DNA from: a phage | DNA: 64,000 nt | Sequence record: OZ346222.1 | Direction: 5' to 3' (one strand) | Part shown: positions 1-9,920 of the stretch, one piece after another | Position numbering within the stretch: the stretch's first letter is position 1 | Layout of the letters: every line of letters starts with the position of its first letter | Notes under the pieces: generated by a model | Told to the model about the DNA's origin: nothing | Database searches by the model: none | The model's input: only the letters and a program-made list of their open reading frames with translations | Program-made: the position numbers and the translations under genes

Positions 1-218
1 TGCCAGACCCGGAGTGCCGTGATTCTGATGTTGACTATTACGGATTTAGACAGATCACTGATGTGCATGTTTACCACAACGGTGAAGAGGTGGACTTCCA
101 CCAACTGCCAAACGATATTCGCCACTCAATTTACAAACGTGCAGCCCGTGAACTAGAGTCCTATCTGGATGCAGCGACGACAGCAGCTGCATTTGCCGAA
201 GAAGTGGGAGGTTTCTGA
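1..218 (+). CDS. hypothetical protein, C-terminal fragment (5' end outside window)
   Basis: Open frame from window edge to TGA at 216-218; stop overlaps next start (ATGA). Confidence 0.35.
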   Translation, partial: PDPECRDSDVDYYGFRQITDVHVYHNGEEVDFHQLPNDIRHSIYKRAARELESYLDAATTAAAFAEEVGGF

Positions 219-616
219 TGATTACAGGTGTGAAGATTCTCCAATACCACTTAACCAAATTGGAAGATGCTGAAAAAGAGCTTGCAGAAGTTCTGAATAG
301 TGGATATACTTTGCTATCATGCGCCTGCTCAGACACCTACGTTGTGTGGACACTTATCCGGAAGGAAGAGCCTGCAGGGATCTTGGTGCCAAACCCTAAG
401 ATTATTAGTGAGGTGGATGACTATTCCCAGGACGGCCTGCCAGAAGGCTGGGAAGTATGGGAAGGTGGTGAAAACCCTGCACCAGGTAAGTGGGTAAAAT
501 ATAAACTACGTAGTGGTGCACAGTACGCTGACTACTCTGATGACCTAGACTGGAGTCATTCTTCACCAGGATCGTCTGCAAGTTCATATGATATCGTTGC
601 TTTTCAGGAAGAATAA
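218..616 (+). CDS. hypothetical protein (132 aa)
   Basis: ORF in rightward gene array; start overlaps upstream stop; no recognised motif. Confidence 0.45.
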   Translation: MITGVKILQYHLTKLEDAEKELAEVLNSGYTLLSCACSDTYVVWTLIRKEEPAGILVPNPKIISEVDDYSQDGLPEGWEVWEGGENPAPGKWVKYKLRSGAQYADYSDDLDWSHSSPGSSASSYDIVAFQEE

Positions 617-628
617 GGAGATAGTGTT

Positions 629-1111
629 ATGTCAGCTTTTATGTGGAAAGTAGGTTACGCAGCTCCTGAAATGTGTGAGGCTTGCTTTGTGAAAATAGGC
701 CGCGAGGATATCGACAAAGTGATCCTTAAGTTTCGTGATGTGGCTGTGATCGGCAACCGAGTGCTTAAGCACTTAAAGAATTTGAAGCTCACCAAAAAGA
801 AATTCTTCGGGCTTTTCGAAGAGAAAGTTGATGCTTGGACCCATTGCATTCAGGAAGCTAAATCTCACTACAGCGCTATCGTTACCCCAGAACGGGTAGC
901 CAAGATGGAAGGATTCATCAACAGCACAGAGTTTGAGTGCCTGAAAGCTGCACTTGATAGTTATCCGAAATGCCTCAAGCACTTGGACAAGTATGTAGAA
1001 AAGGATGGGGAAATGTACCTAACCCTGGACGCATATTATGAGATGCAAGAAATTTTAAATTTAGATTTGACATTGGTATCCACCGAGTATACAATAGGTA
1101 TCCGGGTTTAA
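629..1111 (+). CDS. hypothetical protein (160 aa)
   Basis: ORF with AAGGAG RBS upstream; followed by hairpin/T-run terminator. Confidence 0.5.
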   Translation: MSAFMWKVGYAAPEMCEACFVKIGREDIDKVILKFRDVAVIGNRVLKHLKNLKLTKKKFFGLFEEKVDAWTHCIQEAKSHYSAIVTPERVAKMEGFINSTEFECLKAALDSYPKCLKHLDKYVEKDGEMYLTLDAYYEMQEILNLDLTLVSTEYTIGIRV

Positions 1112-1117
1112 CACTAG

Positions 1118-1145
1118 GCCCTGCCCGAAAGGGTGGGGCTTTTTG
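1118..1145 (+). terminator. rho-independent terminator (GAAA tetraloop hairpin + T-run)
   Basis: GCCCTGCCC-GAAA-GGGTGGGGC stem-loop followed by TTTTT; identical element at 11516. Confidence 0.6.
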
Positions 1146-1927
1146 CATTAGGAGACAGCAAATTGAAATTTATCTACAAAGAACACTACCACAAAGGTGT
1201 TGTGTGGAGCCTGTTTGACGGATCTGGTGGTGCAGTCATTGACTGGGCAAAAGCTGGGTATCTGTGCCTGTGCTTTAATGCAGAAGGTGCTGATCACGGC
1301 AGTTATGCAGAGGTGATAACCGATCATCCCAACATTCACTATGTGGATTATTGGATTGACCCATGGTTCCCTCAGGAAACTTTTTGCATGTACCCAGCTC
1401 CAGACTTTATTCTTGCATTTCCTCCGTGCACGCATTTAGCGGTATCAGGTGCTGCACATTTTAAGAAAAAGCTGGCTAAGGATCCTTTGATCCAAATTAA
1501 TGCTGTAAAGGATGCTCGGGTTGCGGAAGAGTTGGGAGAGATTTACGATTGCCCGTGGCATGTAGAGAATCCTGTAGGGGTTATGTCCACACTGTGGCGA
1601 AAACCTGATTACCGTTTTCATCCTTCGGATTATGGTGGGTATTTACCGGAGGATGATGTAAACCCCTGGTTTCCTGAATTTATAGCTCCACGTGATGCCT
1701 ATCCAAAAATAACTTGCGGCTGGATAGGCAATGGATTTATAATCCCGGCCACAAAACCTGTCCCGCAAATAGTTGACGCGGTTAGCGGGTATTCCATGCA
1801 ACACGCCAAGCTGGGTGGAAAGAGTGCAAGAACGAAGATGATCCGAAGCCTCACGCCACGTGGCTGGGCAAAAGCCGTATTCTTAGCAAACGAGCCTGTA
1901 GTAAGGAGCAGAATTAATGGGAAGTAA
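1133..1927 (+). CDS. DNA (cytosine-5) methyltransferase-like protein
   Basis: C5-MTase-like motifs: LFDGSGG (motif I), FPPCTHLAVSG (PC motif IV), VENPVG (ENV motif VI); only 264 aa; true start may lie downstream since 5' end overlaps terminator. Confidence 0.55.
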   Translation: MGLFALGDSKLKFIYKEHYHKGVVWSLFDGSGGAVIDWAKAGYLCLCFNAEGADHGSYAEVITDHPNIHYVDYWIDPWFPQETFCMYPAPDFILAFPPCTHLAVSGAAHFKKKLAKDPLIQINAVKDARVAEELGEIYDCPWHVENPVGVMSTLWRKPDYRFHPSDYGGYLPEDDVNPWFPEFIAPRDAYPKITCGWIGNGFIIPATKPVPQIVDAVSGYSMQHAKLGGKSARTKMIRSLTPRGWAKAVFLANEPVVRSRINGK

Positions 1928-3995
1928 ATTTATGGCATCTGCATACAACCGTTTCGGTGAGCCAAACCCGAAAGCAACTAAGTATAAAAGTGGGGGAAGT
2001 GTGAAACGAGACTATCGTGATGAAAAAGAGGTTGAAACTGTAGAGACTGTTTTAGAAAATACTAAAATCGTCCCTGTCCCACAACAAAATATCGGTCTGA
2101 TGGCTGCACAATATTTTGGTGTGCGATCAGCATTATCCCAAGAAGATGGTGTGACAGTCACTGCAACATATTTCCCATATTACGACCGCTACGGAAATCT
2201 GTCCGGTTTCAAAAAGCGTGACTGGACGATTCCTAAAGAGCAAAGAGGCCATTTCTCCGTTGTTGGCATAGTAAAGGCTAACTCTCAGATGTTTGGTCAA
2301 AAGCTGTGTGCATCTTCCAACAACCGTAAGCAGATTAACGTTTGTGAGGGAGAAGGTGATGTTATTGCAGCATGGCAGGCTGCATATCAGATACAAGTAA
2401 AAGGGATTCTCACCAACGCTAAAGCCCCGGCAAAGGTGAAACAGTGGGCTAAAGAGGTCCAGGACGGGATCGATGCAGTTATCAACGGTGGCGATCTGGC
2501 AGGAAAACCATGCCTGCCTTTTGTTGGAATTAACTGTGGATGTGCAAACGCAGTAGATACTTTTGCAAACAATGAGAAGTTTATCCGTAGCTATGGAACA
2601 GTTGTGCTGGCAATGGATAACGATGCAGCTAACGAGGTAGAGAAGCAAAAACACGTCATTAAAGGTGTTGAGGCCACGCACAATATCGCAGCATTTTTGA
2701 TGGCTGATAACGTTTACCACGTAGAATACCCTGGTGAAGTAAATGACCCTGACGGGGTAAAAGATATCCGTGACATGCTGAAGGCTAAAAAGCTGGAAGA
2801 TATTGTCAACATGTTCCGGCACCCTGTTAAATATGTGCCTGATGCTGTGTCGGATTTAGAAGACTTCTCTATCGAGTCTTTGCGGAAAAAGACTTCCAAC
2901 GGGGTAGATATCAGCGCAGAGTTCCCAAAACTGCAAAAAATGCTAAAAGGCTTGCACAAAGGGACACTCGTAATGCTTACAGGGCCATCAGGGGGCGGTA
3001 AAACAACTGTAGCTAAAAAACTGGAACATTGTATTGCAAGATACCTAATGGACCCGACATGCCCGAAGGCTGATGACTATGAAGAGGATGATCGTCTATG
3101 TATGATCCATCTTGAGGAGGACCCGGAGGAAGCAATTAACTCCTTGTATGCAAACCAGTTAGGGTTTGATGTTAAAGAGTTTGTTGAAGATCCTAGCCAG
3201 TTTTTAACTGATCAAGAACACGCAGAGATTCACCAATCATGGGCAAAAGCTGGAAAAATCAAAGTGTTCAAACATTTCGGATCTATTCCGGTGGACGAGT
3301 TGATTACCAAGCTTAAGCAAATGGTTTGCCTGTACCATTGCCGTTATATTGTGCTGGATCACCTGTCCATGGTAATTTCAGGGCTTAATGTTAAGGATGA
3401 GCGAAAAGAACTGGACATGGCTATGACTCAGCTGGCTGCGTTTTGTAAGCAGTTTAACGTGTTTATCTTAGTGATCGCTCACCTCAAACGTACAGAGATT
3501 GTGCCTCCTAAGGACAAGGATGGTAACCCGTTACCTTTCTGGTATCCTGTGCGAAAAGAGAATTTGCGAGGATCGGCGGGGCTTGAACAGTTGAGTTGGG
3601 TAGTCATAGGTGTCGAGGCCGAAGAAATGGTGGATCGTTCTCGTGGACGTGTCCGTCTGGTAGGTCTTAAAAACCGTCCAGCAAAAACTTTAGGTATTGC
3701 TGACACTTTGGTTATGGACCCGCACACAGGTAAGTTCCATGATGCCAGTAATTGGTACTGGGACAAAGAAATGCAAATGTTTACAGACGGAGAAGGTGGG
3801 GAGGTTGTTTGGAGACCTCAGGCTATGTTTGAGGATCAGGAGCATGCAGTTGTAGAAACACCTATGGGCAAGGTTGTGGCTGATAAGGTTGTAACTCCTA
3901 CTGTTAAGCCTGTTGACACGCAGGAAGACCTCCAGTACGATGATCCATCCTCTGACCCGGTCCCTGGTTTTGAGGATGATGAAACGCCTTTTTAA
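1917..3995 (+). CDS. DNA primase/helicase (TOPRIM primase + DnaB-like helicase, T7 gp4-like)
   Basis: TOPRIM-like CEGEGD and MDNDAA motifs; Walker A GPSGGGKTT; Walker B IVLDHLS; acidic C-terminus ending DDETPF. Confidence 0.8.
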   Translation: MGSKFMASAYNRFGEPNPKATKYKSGGSVKRDYRDEKEVETVETVLENTKIVPVPQQNIGLMAAQYFGVRSALSQEDGVTVTATYFPYYDRYGNLSGFKKRDWTIPKEQRGHFSVVGIVKANSQMFGQKLCASSNNRKQINVCEGEGDVIAAWQAAYQIQVKGILTNAKAPAKVKQWAKEVQDGIDAVINGGDLAGKPCLPFVGINCGCANAVDTFANNEKFIRSYGTVVLAMDNDAANEVEKQKHVIKGVEATHNIAAFLMADNVYHVEYPGEVNDPDGVKDIRDMLKAKKLEDIVNMFRHPVKYVPDAVSDLEDFSIESLRKKTSNGVDISAEFPKLQKMLKGLHKGTLVMLTGPSGGGKTTVAKKLEHCIARYLMDPTCPKADDYEEDDRLCMIHLEEDPEEAINSLYANQLGFDVKEFVEDPSQFLTDQEHAEIHQSWAKAGKIKVFKHFGSIPVDELITKLKQMVCLYHCRYIVLDHLSMVISGLNVKDERKELDMAMTQLAAFCKQFNVFILVIAHLKRTEIVPPKDKDGNPLPFWYPVRKENLRGSAGLEQLSWVVIGVEAEEMVDRSRGRVRLVGLKNRPAKTLGIADTLVMDPHTGKFHDASNWYWDKEMQMFTDGEGGEVVWRPQAMFEDQEHAVVETPMGKVVADKVVTPTVKPVDTQEDLQYDDPSSDPVPGFEDDETPF

Positions 3996-4053
3996 TGTTT
4001 AACAAAGAGTGGGAGGGGTAGTACAACCGCCTCCCCTTTAAGGAGAACTGTAT

Positions 4054-6447
4054 ATGAGTATGTGGTCTTTCGATTTTGAGTCATCCGGTTTGCTGGAAGA
4101 CCCAGATCTTTATTATCACTGCGGTCTGTTTAAAGAGCTGAATAAGAACCGTTTTATGCTGTTCCTTCCTCTAAATGACCGCACACACTACTCCGAGGAG
4201 GATATAGAAAAGGCTAAGAACTTCATTCTGTCAAAGAAAACTCTTTATAAAGATTTTGAAGTTCGCATAGCAGATTTTTCGGAGTTGGAAGGTTGGCTTA
4301 CAGGCAATTCTGACTGGTCACCAACAGCTTTGAACTGCCATAACTGCTACAGTTATGACTTTATGCTAATGGAAAGATTATCCGGTATTCATTTTGATAT
4401 GTTCCGTGATCCTAAATGCATGGGGACTATCAACGACCACCAGGTTAACCTGTTTGATACGTTGGCTATGAGCCGAATCTTGTGGCCTGATCGCCCTTTA
4501 CCAAAAGGTTGTCCGGACGCTGTATTCAACCCGGTTACTAAGAAAATGCAACCTGTTGGTCCTCACGGCCTTATGGCATGGGGCTACGCCCTTGGTAACC
4601 AGAAAGTTCAAATTGATGACTGGCGCGATCTTCCGTTGTGGAAGTATGTGGATCGTGTATTCGAGGACGTTATCATCCAGGAGCTGCTCTGGAAAGAGCT
4701 GGTAGCGGAATCAAAAGGTGTATTCTACGGCAAATCTGACATGCAGAACTTTATGTACGATCCAGCCAAAGAGAAGCCGAAAGGGTTCAAGAAGATCACC
4801 TGGAAGAACGCATTACGTCGAGGCATGCTGCAGCACTTCCTGATGGAGCTGCAGGCCCGTCAGGGTGTATACTTCGACATAGATGGAGCTATTGCTTTAC
4901 GTGACCGTTGCGATGCGTGGATGAAAGAAATCGCTGATCGTGTTGAACCACAACTACCTTTAAAAGAGCTGTCAATGTCTCAGCGGCCCAAGTTCCCTGA
5001 AAAGCCGTTTAACCAAGACGGGACAATCTCTAATAATGGTTGGAAATGGTTAAAAGATAAGCTTGGCTATCCTGTAGACATGAGTGCTTTAGAGTTCAAA
5101 GCCCCGCCTAAGCGAGCATTTACCTCTACAGGAGATGTCAGCAAGATGGGGATAAAATGGTGTGAAGAGATGGGCTGCAAAGACCCCGATAAGATGGCTG
5201 ATTTCTTGAGAGGCTATATTAAGGGCACCTCCACACCACAACCCTTACCTAAAGAGCTGATGGATCAGGCAATAAGTGATCTGCAGCAGAAGCGAATGCC
5301 TGACTGCAAGATACCTATGAAAATCAGCAATCAGGACGACATCAAGCGATACCTAATCAGTGCTGGTTGGCTCCCAACAATGTGGAGAACTAAAGATGTA
5401 ACTAAAGACAGCAAGAAGAAAGCTTTACCTGATGCAGATGTTGATGCACGAGTATATGCATATATGGACGAGCTTTTGGAGTCAGAGTATTGTGACCTAA
5501 TTATCAACTTCTGGAACAAAACTGATGCTAAGTTCCAGACAACCGTGCACAAGTTCCGAAGCTTTCCTAACTCCGAAAGGATTAAAAAGGAAGTATTCGG
5601 GAAAATACGTAGAAAAGCCAGGGCACTTATTACTTCTCCGCAACTGAAAGATACGTTTGGACACCTATGCCCAAATCTTGAAAAATTGAACGGAGAGATG
5701 GCTAAAGATATCGTCTTGTGGTTATCATTGCGAAACCGCAGATCGGTCCTTGATCCAATCAAGGAGGATAAGGTTGATACTGGTCTTCTTAATCACCCAC
5801 GTTTGAAGATTGACCATAAGCTTCCTGCTAAAAGCTCTGGATTAACAAACACTTCCAGACAGAAACACAGTATTTGTGCAAACATGCCTAAACCATCTCC
5901 TAAAGTGGTTATGGGTAAAGAGATGCGTAGTCTGTGGGGTGTTCCTCCGGGATACTTTGAGATCGGTATTGACGGGTCCAACTTAGAGCAGCTTATCGGG
6001 GCTTGGGGTGCCTTTGAGTTCGACAACGGCCTGTATTATGATGTTGTAAGTAACGGAGACGCACACCAAAACAATGCTGAGGCATATACAAAAGTGGCAG
6101 GCAGAGAGGTGTCCCGTAACGACGGTAAACCTATCACGTATGGGGTTATGTACGGGGCACAAAAAGATAAAGTTGCAGATATGTTGGACATCTCCCCAGA
6201 GTTGGGACAAAGGGTAATCGATGCACTCTGGGATGCCAACCCAGGTCTTAAGGGGCGCAAAGAGGATCTGGAGAAATTCTGGGAAGCAACAGGTAAGAAG
6301 TTTATCTACTCTTTTGATGGTCATGCTATCTGGACCCGATCTAAACACTCTTTACTTAATGCATACCAACAAAATGGCGGTGCATCGTTGTGTGACTTAG
6401 TTGGAATACTCATGCACCACCAGATGGTGAAGCGTGGGTGGTACGAT
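4054..6447 (+). CDS. DNA polymerase, family A (exon 1: 3'-5' exonuclease and polymerase motifs A and B)
   Basis: Exo I FDFESSG; motif A-like IDGSNLEQL; motif B-like KPITYGVMYGA; uninterrupted ORF runs to TAA at 6481-6483 but lacks the conserved C-terminal region; 3' boundary set at proposed 5' splice site. Confidence 0.75.
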
Positions 6448-6753
6448 GAAGGTGTTCGTCGTATTATTTATTACCATAAATAACATTGTGGCTTCATAGA
6501 GTAATCTATGTCGAATAACCTCTTTAACTGCGGGAAGCCTAAACCTTATGGCAAGGTAATCCGCAACGAAGCGCTCAAAAGAGCGAACGCTCAGAGGCCA
6601 TTCCGAAAGGAAGTAGACCAGCAAGTGCGGTCGAAATGGGAGGATTCCTGTGGTTGCTTATCATAGGAATATGAGATGGTCCGATCCTACGTGAAAACGT
6701 ATGGCTATGCACGTAATGGTGCGGGGTAGCTTAACGACCTACCTGAACTATTG
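6448..6753 (+). other. putative group I self-splicing intron (about 306 nt, no ORF) in DNA polymerase gene
   Basis: Four in-frame stops between two same-frame polymerase ORFs; P-like CTGCGGGAAG (6527-6537), Q-like AATCCGCAACG (6558-6568), R-like GTAGACCAGCAAG (6613-6625), S-like ATGAGATGGTCCGA (6671-6684) with R/S covariation; exon UACGAU (6442-6447) can pair with intron GUCGUA (6458-6463) giving U.G at splice site; G at 6753. Confidence 0.5.
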
Positions 6754-7107
6754 GATGAGTACCAACTTCAAGTGCCTGACACACCGAAGTATAAGACTGT
6801 GTACACCTTCGACACAATTGAAGAACTGGAAGCATTTAAGGCAGAGCAGGAAGCCAAACTTCATGTGTTCGACGGTCATAAGTACAAAAAGGCACGCAAG
6901 GATGAGGACGGAAACGAAGTGGTTGACAGAGACGGAAACACGGTGTACGATCCTATCCTGAACGATGACGGAAAGCTTGAACTTATCTGGAGCCCTGTGG
7001 GTGAAATGGTGGTACATTGCTTCTGGCAAGCTTCTAAAATGATGGGAGTCCCGTTCCAGATCACAGGTGAATACTTGTGTGGTCGTAATTGGGGTGATTG
7101 TCACTAA
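6754..7107 (+). CDS. DNA polymerase, family A (exon 2: C-terminal region)
   Basis: Same frame as exon 1; ends NWGDCH, closely resembling the T7 gp5 C-terminus NWAICH; begins DEYQLQV, which after splicing would give WYD-DEYQ (motif C-like). Confidence 0.55.
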   Translation, partial: DEYQLQVPDTPKYKTVYTFDTIEELEAFKAEQEAKLHVFDGHKYKKARKDEDGNEVVDRDGNTVYDPILNDDGKLELIWSPVGEMVVHCFWQASKMMGVPFQITGEYLCGRNWGDCH

Positions 7108-7156
7108 TGTAAACTATCAACACATGGAAGTGTTGTTGAGCAAAGAGGAGACTTTT

Positions 7157-7441
7157 ATGGTAGTAGAACCAACAAAAACATTTACATCCATGACTATCCC
7201 TGTTATTATGCAGGTGGAGTGTGTTCAGGTATCTCAAGTGTGGCCTGGCACCAAAATCCCAACAGGGCCTGATTTCTTTCAGGTTGGGAAAGTGTACAAT
7301 GTCTGGAAGGCACCAGATTGTTACCCTTTCATTAAAGATGACCGTGGGATGCTGTGGTATCTTGGAAATGACTTGACACTGCACCTTGGGAATGCTATTA
7401 TTGCAGTATTCAGACTTAACAAGAAGGAGACCGATCAATGA
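7157..7441 (+). CDS. hypothetical protein (94 aa)
   Basis: ATG with GAGGAG RBS; ORF-track start at 7067 probably too far upstream. Confidence 0.45.
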   Translation: MVVEPTKTFTSMTIPVIMQVECVQVSQVWPGTKIPTGPDFFQVGKVYNVWKAPDCYPFIKDDRGMLWYLGNDLTLHLGNAIIAVFRLNKKETDQ

Positions 7442-7665
7442 CGACTTTGGTTAAAGCCACCTTTGTAGAAGAAAAGATGACAGACATGTCATTCTTTAAA
7501 GAAGGAAAGACCTACGAGGTTTATTACGATAAAGCTCGTGCAAACAAAATGATTAAAGACGAGGAAGGGGTTGACTGGTATATCTCTCACCTGGCAAACG
7601 GTGAGTATCATATCTACGGAACCACTTTGCTTGCCAAGTTTGTAGTTGTTGAAGAGGACCTATGA
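7438..7665 (+). CDS. hypothetical protein (75 aa)
   Basis: ATGA start/stop overlap with upstream gene. Confidence 0.45.
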   Translation: MTTLVKATFVEEKMTDMSFFKEGKTYEVYYDKARANKMIKDEEGVDWYISHLANGEYHIYGTTLLAKFVVVEEDL

Positions 7666-7856
7666 AAGTAAAGTATCTTGCTGAAGGTATGAATAGGTAT
7701 TTTACCCTTGGTGAAGAATATTGGCCCTTTACAAACAACGGCGATGTCTACGTGAAAGATAATTTCGGCACGCCGTGGTTTCTGCACTCTAATGGGCTGG
7801 GATACTCCATTTACTGCGGTGCAGTGAACAACACAACTCTTGCAGAGTTCGTTTAG
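7662..7856 (+). CDS. hypothetical protein (64 aa)
   Basis: ATGA overlap; in gene array. Confidence 0.4.
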   Translation: MKVKYLAEGMNRYFTLGEEYWPFTNNGDVYVKDNFGTPWFLHSNGLGYSIYCGAVNNTTLAEFV

Positions 7857-7866
7857 AGGAGGTAGG

Positions 7867-8238
7867 ATGTTAGTAAAAGGTACCCACACAGTCAAACAAC
7901 GTATTGAAGTTGAGATTGATGATTGTGAGCTGAAGCATATTTTACGGTCATGCTCCAACGTTTTGCTCCTTAGTATTCTTCAGGAGCGAGCGGAGAACGA
8001 GTTCTTAAATGCATTGGCAGGCCGTCCCGGTGACTTCTGTGTGCGTAAGCGTGGTGACAACAAGTCGTGGTTGTGGGAGATCGATGCCGACTGGGATTAC
8101 CACAAAAATGAGGGTATAGATGAGCCTATTCGTGAACTGACGGACAAAGAGATTCAGATGTACAATGAAGTTTGTCATTGGGCAACACGCCAACAAATTT
8201 ACCTAGACCCTGTGTGGCTGATTGAAAATAGTCGTTGA
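7867..8238 (+). CDS. hypothetical protein (123 aa)
   Basis: ATG 5 nt after GAGGAGGTAGG RBS. Confidence 0.5.
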   Translation: MLVKGTHTVKQRIEVEIDDCELKHILRSCSNVLLLSILQERAENEFLNALAGRPGDFCVRKRGDNKSWLWEIDADWDYHKNEGIDEPIRELTDKEIQMYNEVCHWATRQQIYLDPVWLIENSR

Positions 8239-8263
8239 CAAGAAGTAAGGTTAGATGTAAGAT
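8235..8263 (+). promoter_or_regulatory. sigma70-type promoter
   Basis: TTGACA, 17-bp spacer, TAAGAT. Confidence 0.5.
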
Positions 8264-8314
8264 ACTCCTCACAAACAGAGTATTGATTGTTAAATAATTA
8301 AGGAGACCTCTAAG

Positions 8315-8569
8315 ATGAAAATCATGTTGAAACCAGAATGCGTTGCAAACGACCGAGCTTTTAAAGATTGCACACTTGGCGCTACTTATGAAGCAGAGTT
8401 TTGTGAGAACCCTTTGGTAAAAGCCCTTTTGGAAGAAGGGGCCCCTCTATCACAAGAAGAGCTTGATGAGCTGGAAAACTCAGCACAGTGCCTTACCTTT
8501 AAAGATGATGAAGGAGACTCTGTCTGGTGCACTGTTAACGAAGTAGTTTTTGTAAAAACTGAACATTAA
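8315..8569 (+). CDS. hypothetical protein (84 aa), paralog of 8633..8893
   Basis: AAGGAG RBS; shares AF(K/R)DCT and DD(E/N)GD.V(W/F)CT motifs with next gene. Confidence 0.5.
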   Translation: MKIMLKPECVANDRAFKDCTLGATYEAEFCENPLVKALLEEGAPLSQEELDELENSAQCLTFKDDEGDSVWCTVNEVVFVKTEH

Positions 8570-8572
8570 TAC

Positions 8573-8601
8573 TTGACAACAGCGATAGGACCTAATACAA
8601 T
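8573..8601 (+). promoter_or_regulatory. sigma70-type promoter
   Basis: TTGACA, 17-bp spacer, TACAAT. Confidence 0.5.
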
Positions 8602-8632
8602 GGTCCTATCAAAACGAAAGGGGACCACAGCA

Positions 8633-8893
8633 ATGACCAAACAATATCAACGAATTAAAGCCAAGGTTAAGCCAGACTATCTAGAGAAGGACTCTGCTTT
8701 TCGGGACTGCACAGCTGACAAAGTTTACACAGGGGCCGTCCTGTTGAACGATAAACTTGAAGTAGATGTGCTGGGTAAAGAGGCCGTTATCGAGGATGAC
8801 AACGGTGACTGTGTTTTCTGCACCACACGAGAGCTAGAAGTCTTAGAATATTTCGGTGAAATCTTCAACTCCTTAGACGACGAGGAAGCGTGA
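8633..8893 (+). CDS. hypothetical protein (86 aa), paralog of 8315..8569
   Basis: ATG downstream of promoter; ORF-track start at 8573 coincides with the -35 hexamer. Confidence 0.5.
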   Translation: MTKQYQRIKAKVKPDYLEKDSAFRDCTADKVYTGAVLLNDKLEVDVLGKEAVIEDDNGDCVFCTTRELEVLEYFGEIFNSLDDEEA

Positions 8894-9282
8894 TGAAAAA
8901 TATTTGGGATATCGATATCTTTGAAGCCTCTAAGCTTGACGGTGCTGATGGAGTGATTATGGTGTCTGATGGCAAGGCAACACTAACTTCCGGAGATATC
9001 ATCTATGCCTTGGACGAGCTGGCGCTTCTGAAATCTACCGGTAACACTTTGGAGGAGCGTCTTCAAGGATTCGCTTTCAAAGAAGGTACAAATACAGCCA
9101 TGATGTGCACCACACGGACAGTCCAGGTTGGTAACGGTGTCTATATGATTATTGCTGTGTGTCCTAAATTCAGCAACGTCAACAAAGATGATGCTGACGC
9201 GGTCAACGATGTGGTTGTTCTCTTCGTGGGTGACGCTATGGCAGATCTGATGAATGCAGGAGAAGCAGCAAATGAAGACTGA
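8890..9282 (+). CDS. hypothetical protein (130 aa)
   Basis: ATGA overlap; in gene array. Confidence 0.45.
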   Translation: MMKNIWDIDIFEASKLDGADGVIMVSDGKATLTSGDIIYALDELALLKSTGNTLEERLQGFAFKEGTNTAMMCTTRTVQVGNGVYMIIAVCPKFSNVNKDDADAVNDVVVLFVGDAMADLMNAGEAANED

Positions 9283-9574
9283 AAACATCACCCCAGCAGG
9301 GTTCTTAAAAGTATACCGTGAACTGCTATATACTACAGAGGACAGTGTTCTAGAGTATCCAGAATATCTTTTGCTGTATAAGTATCTGCAGGAGGCTGGT
9401 GAAAATCTGCCAGTTAGTGCAGAAGGTGGTCCAAACTGGATATACAGCGCATGGAGAAAGGTTGACATTCTCCCAAACCCAGGTAAAGATATGGTAGTTT
9501 GGCAGCTTATCAACAACATCGGGATTCCAATCTTTGATGAAGCTGTTAAAATCTATTTTGAACTTGACGATTAA
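9272..9574 (+). CDS. hypothetical protein (100 aa)
   Basis: ATG with AGGAGA RBS; overlaps upstream stop. Confidence 0.45.
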   Translation: MKTENITPAGFLKVYRELLYTTEDSVLEYPEYLLLYKYLQEAGENLPVSAEGGPNWIYSAWRKVDILPNPGKDMVVWQLINNIGIPIFDEAVKIYFELDD

Positions 9575-9591
9575 TATCAGGAGACCTTAAG

Positions 9592-9837
9592 ATGACTGAA
9601 GCAGTTGCTCGCGCAGGACAGAAAGTACGTTGTGTTGAAGTAGGTTTTGGTGGCAAAGGGTGTCAAAACTTGACTCAAGGCAAGGAATATGCTGTTATCT
9701 CTGGTGGTGGCGACGAAAGTATTGTGTTCGAGGGTCACATCCTGGATGCTGAAAACTTTGAAATCTTTGACGACGATGGGGATCCGATCACCTGCCTGCT
9801 GGACGGGAATTGGGGAACTTTCGAAGTGATTGGCTAA
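9592..9837 (+). CDS. hypothetical protein (81 aa)
   Basis: RBS CAGGAGA upstream. Confidence 0.45.
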   Translation: MTEAVARAGQKVRCVEVGFGGKGCQNLTQGKEYAVISGGGDESIVFEGHILDAENFEIFDDDGDPITCLLDGNWGTFEVIG

Positions 9838-9920
9838 CAAATACCTATTGTAATTTACAGAAGGGGATGCTAAAATAGTGTCTCCTTCTATGTTGTTCAA
9901 ATAAAATCGGAGATTCCATA

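Noticed and set aside
2133-3766. Antisense ORFs (2133..2822, 2387..2572, 2714..2959, 3479..3766) inside the primase-helicase gene
   Set aside because: They lie entirely within a well-supported 692-aa gene on the opposite strand, have low-complexity or Cys/Ser-rich composition and no RBS; likely frame artefacts.
5331-6348. Antisense ORFs inside the DNA polymerase gene (5331..5762, 5793..6026, 5983..6348, 6036..6260)
   Set aside because: Embedded in a conserved polymerase coding region on the other strand; no independent support.
6397-6961. ORFs 6397..6624 (minus) and 6701..6961 (plus) in the polymerase gap
   Set aside because: They fall in the putative intron and exon 2 region in the wrong strand or frame; the frame ending NWGDCH is the one with polymerase similarity.
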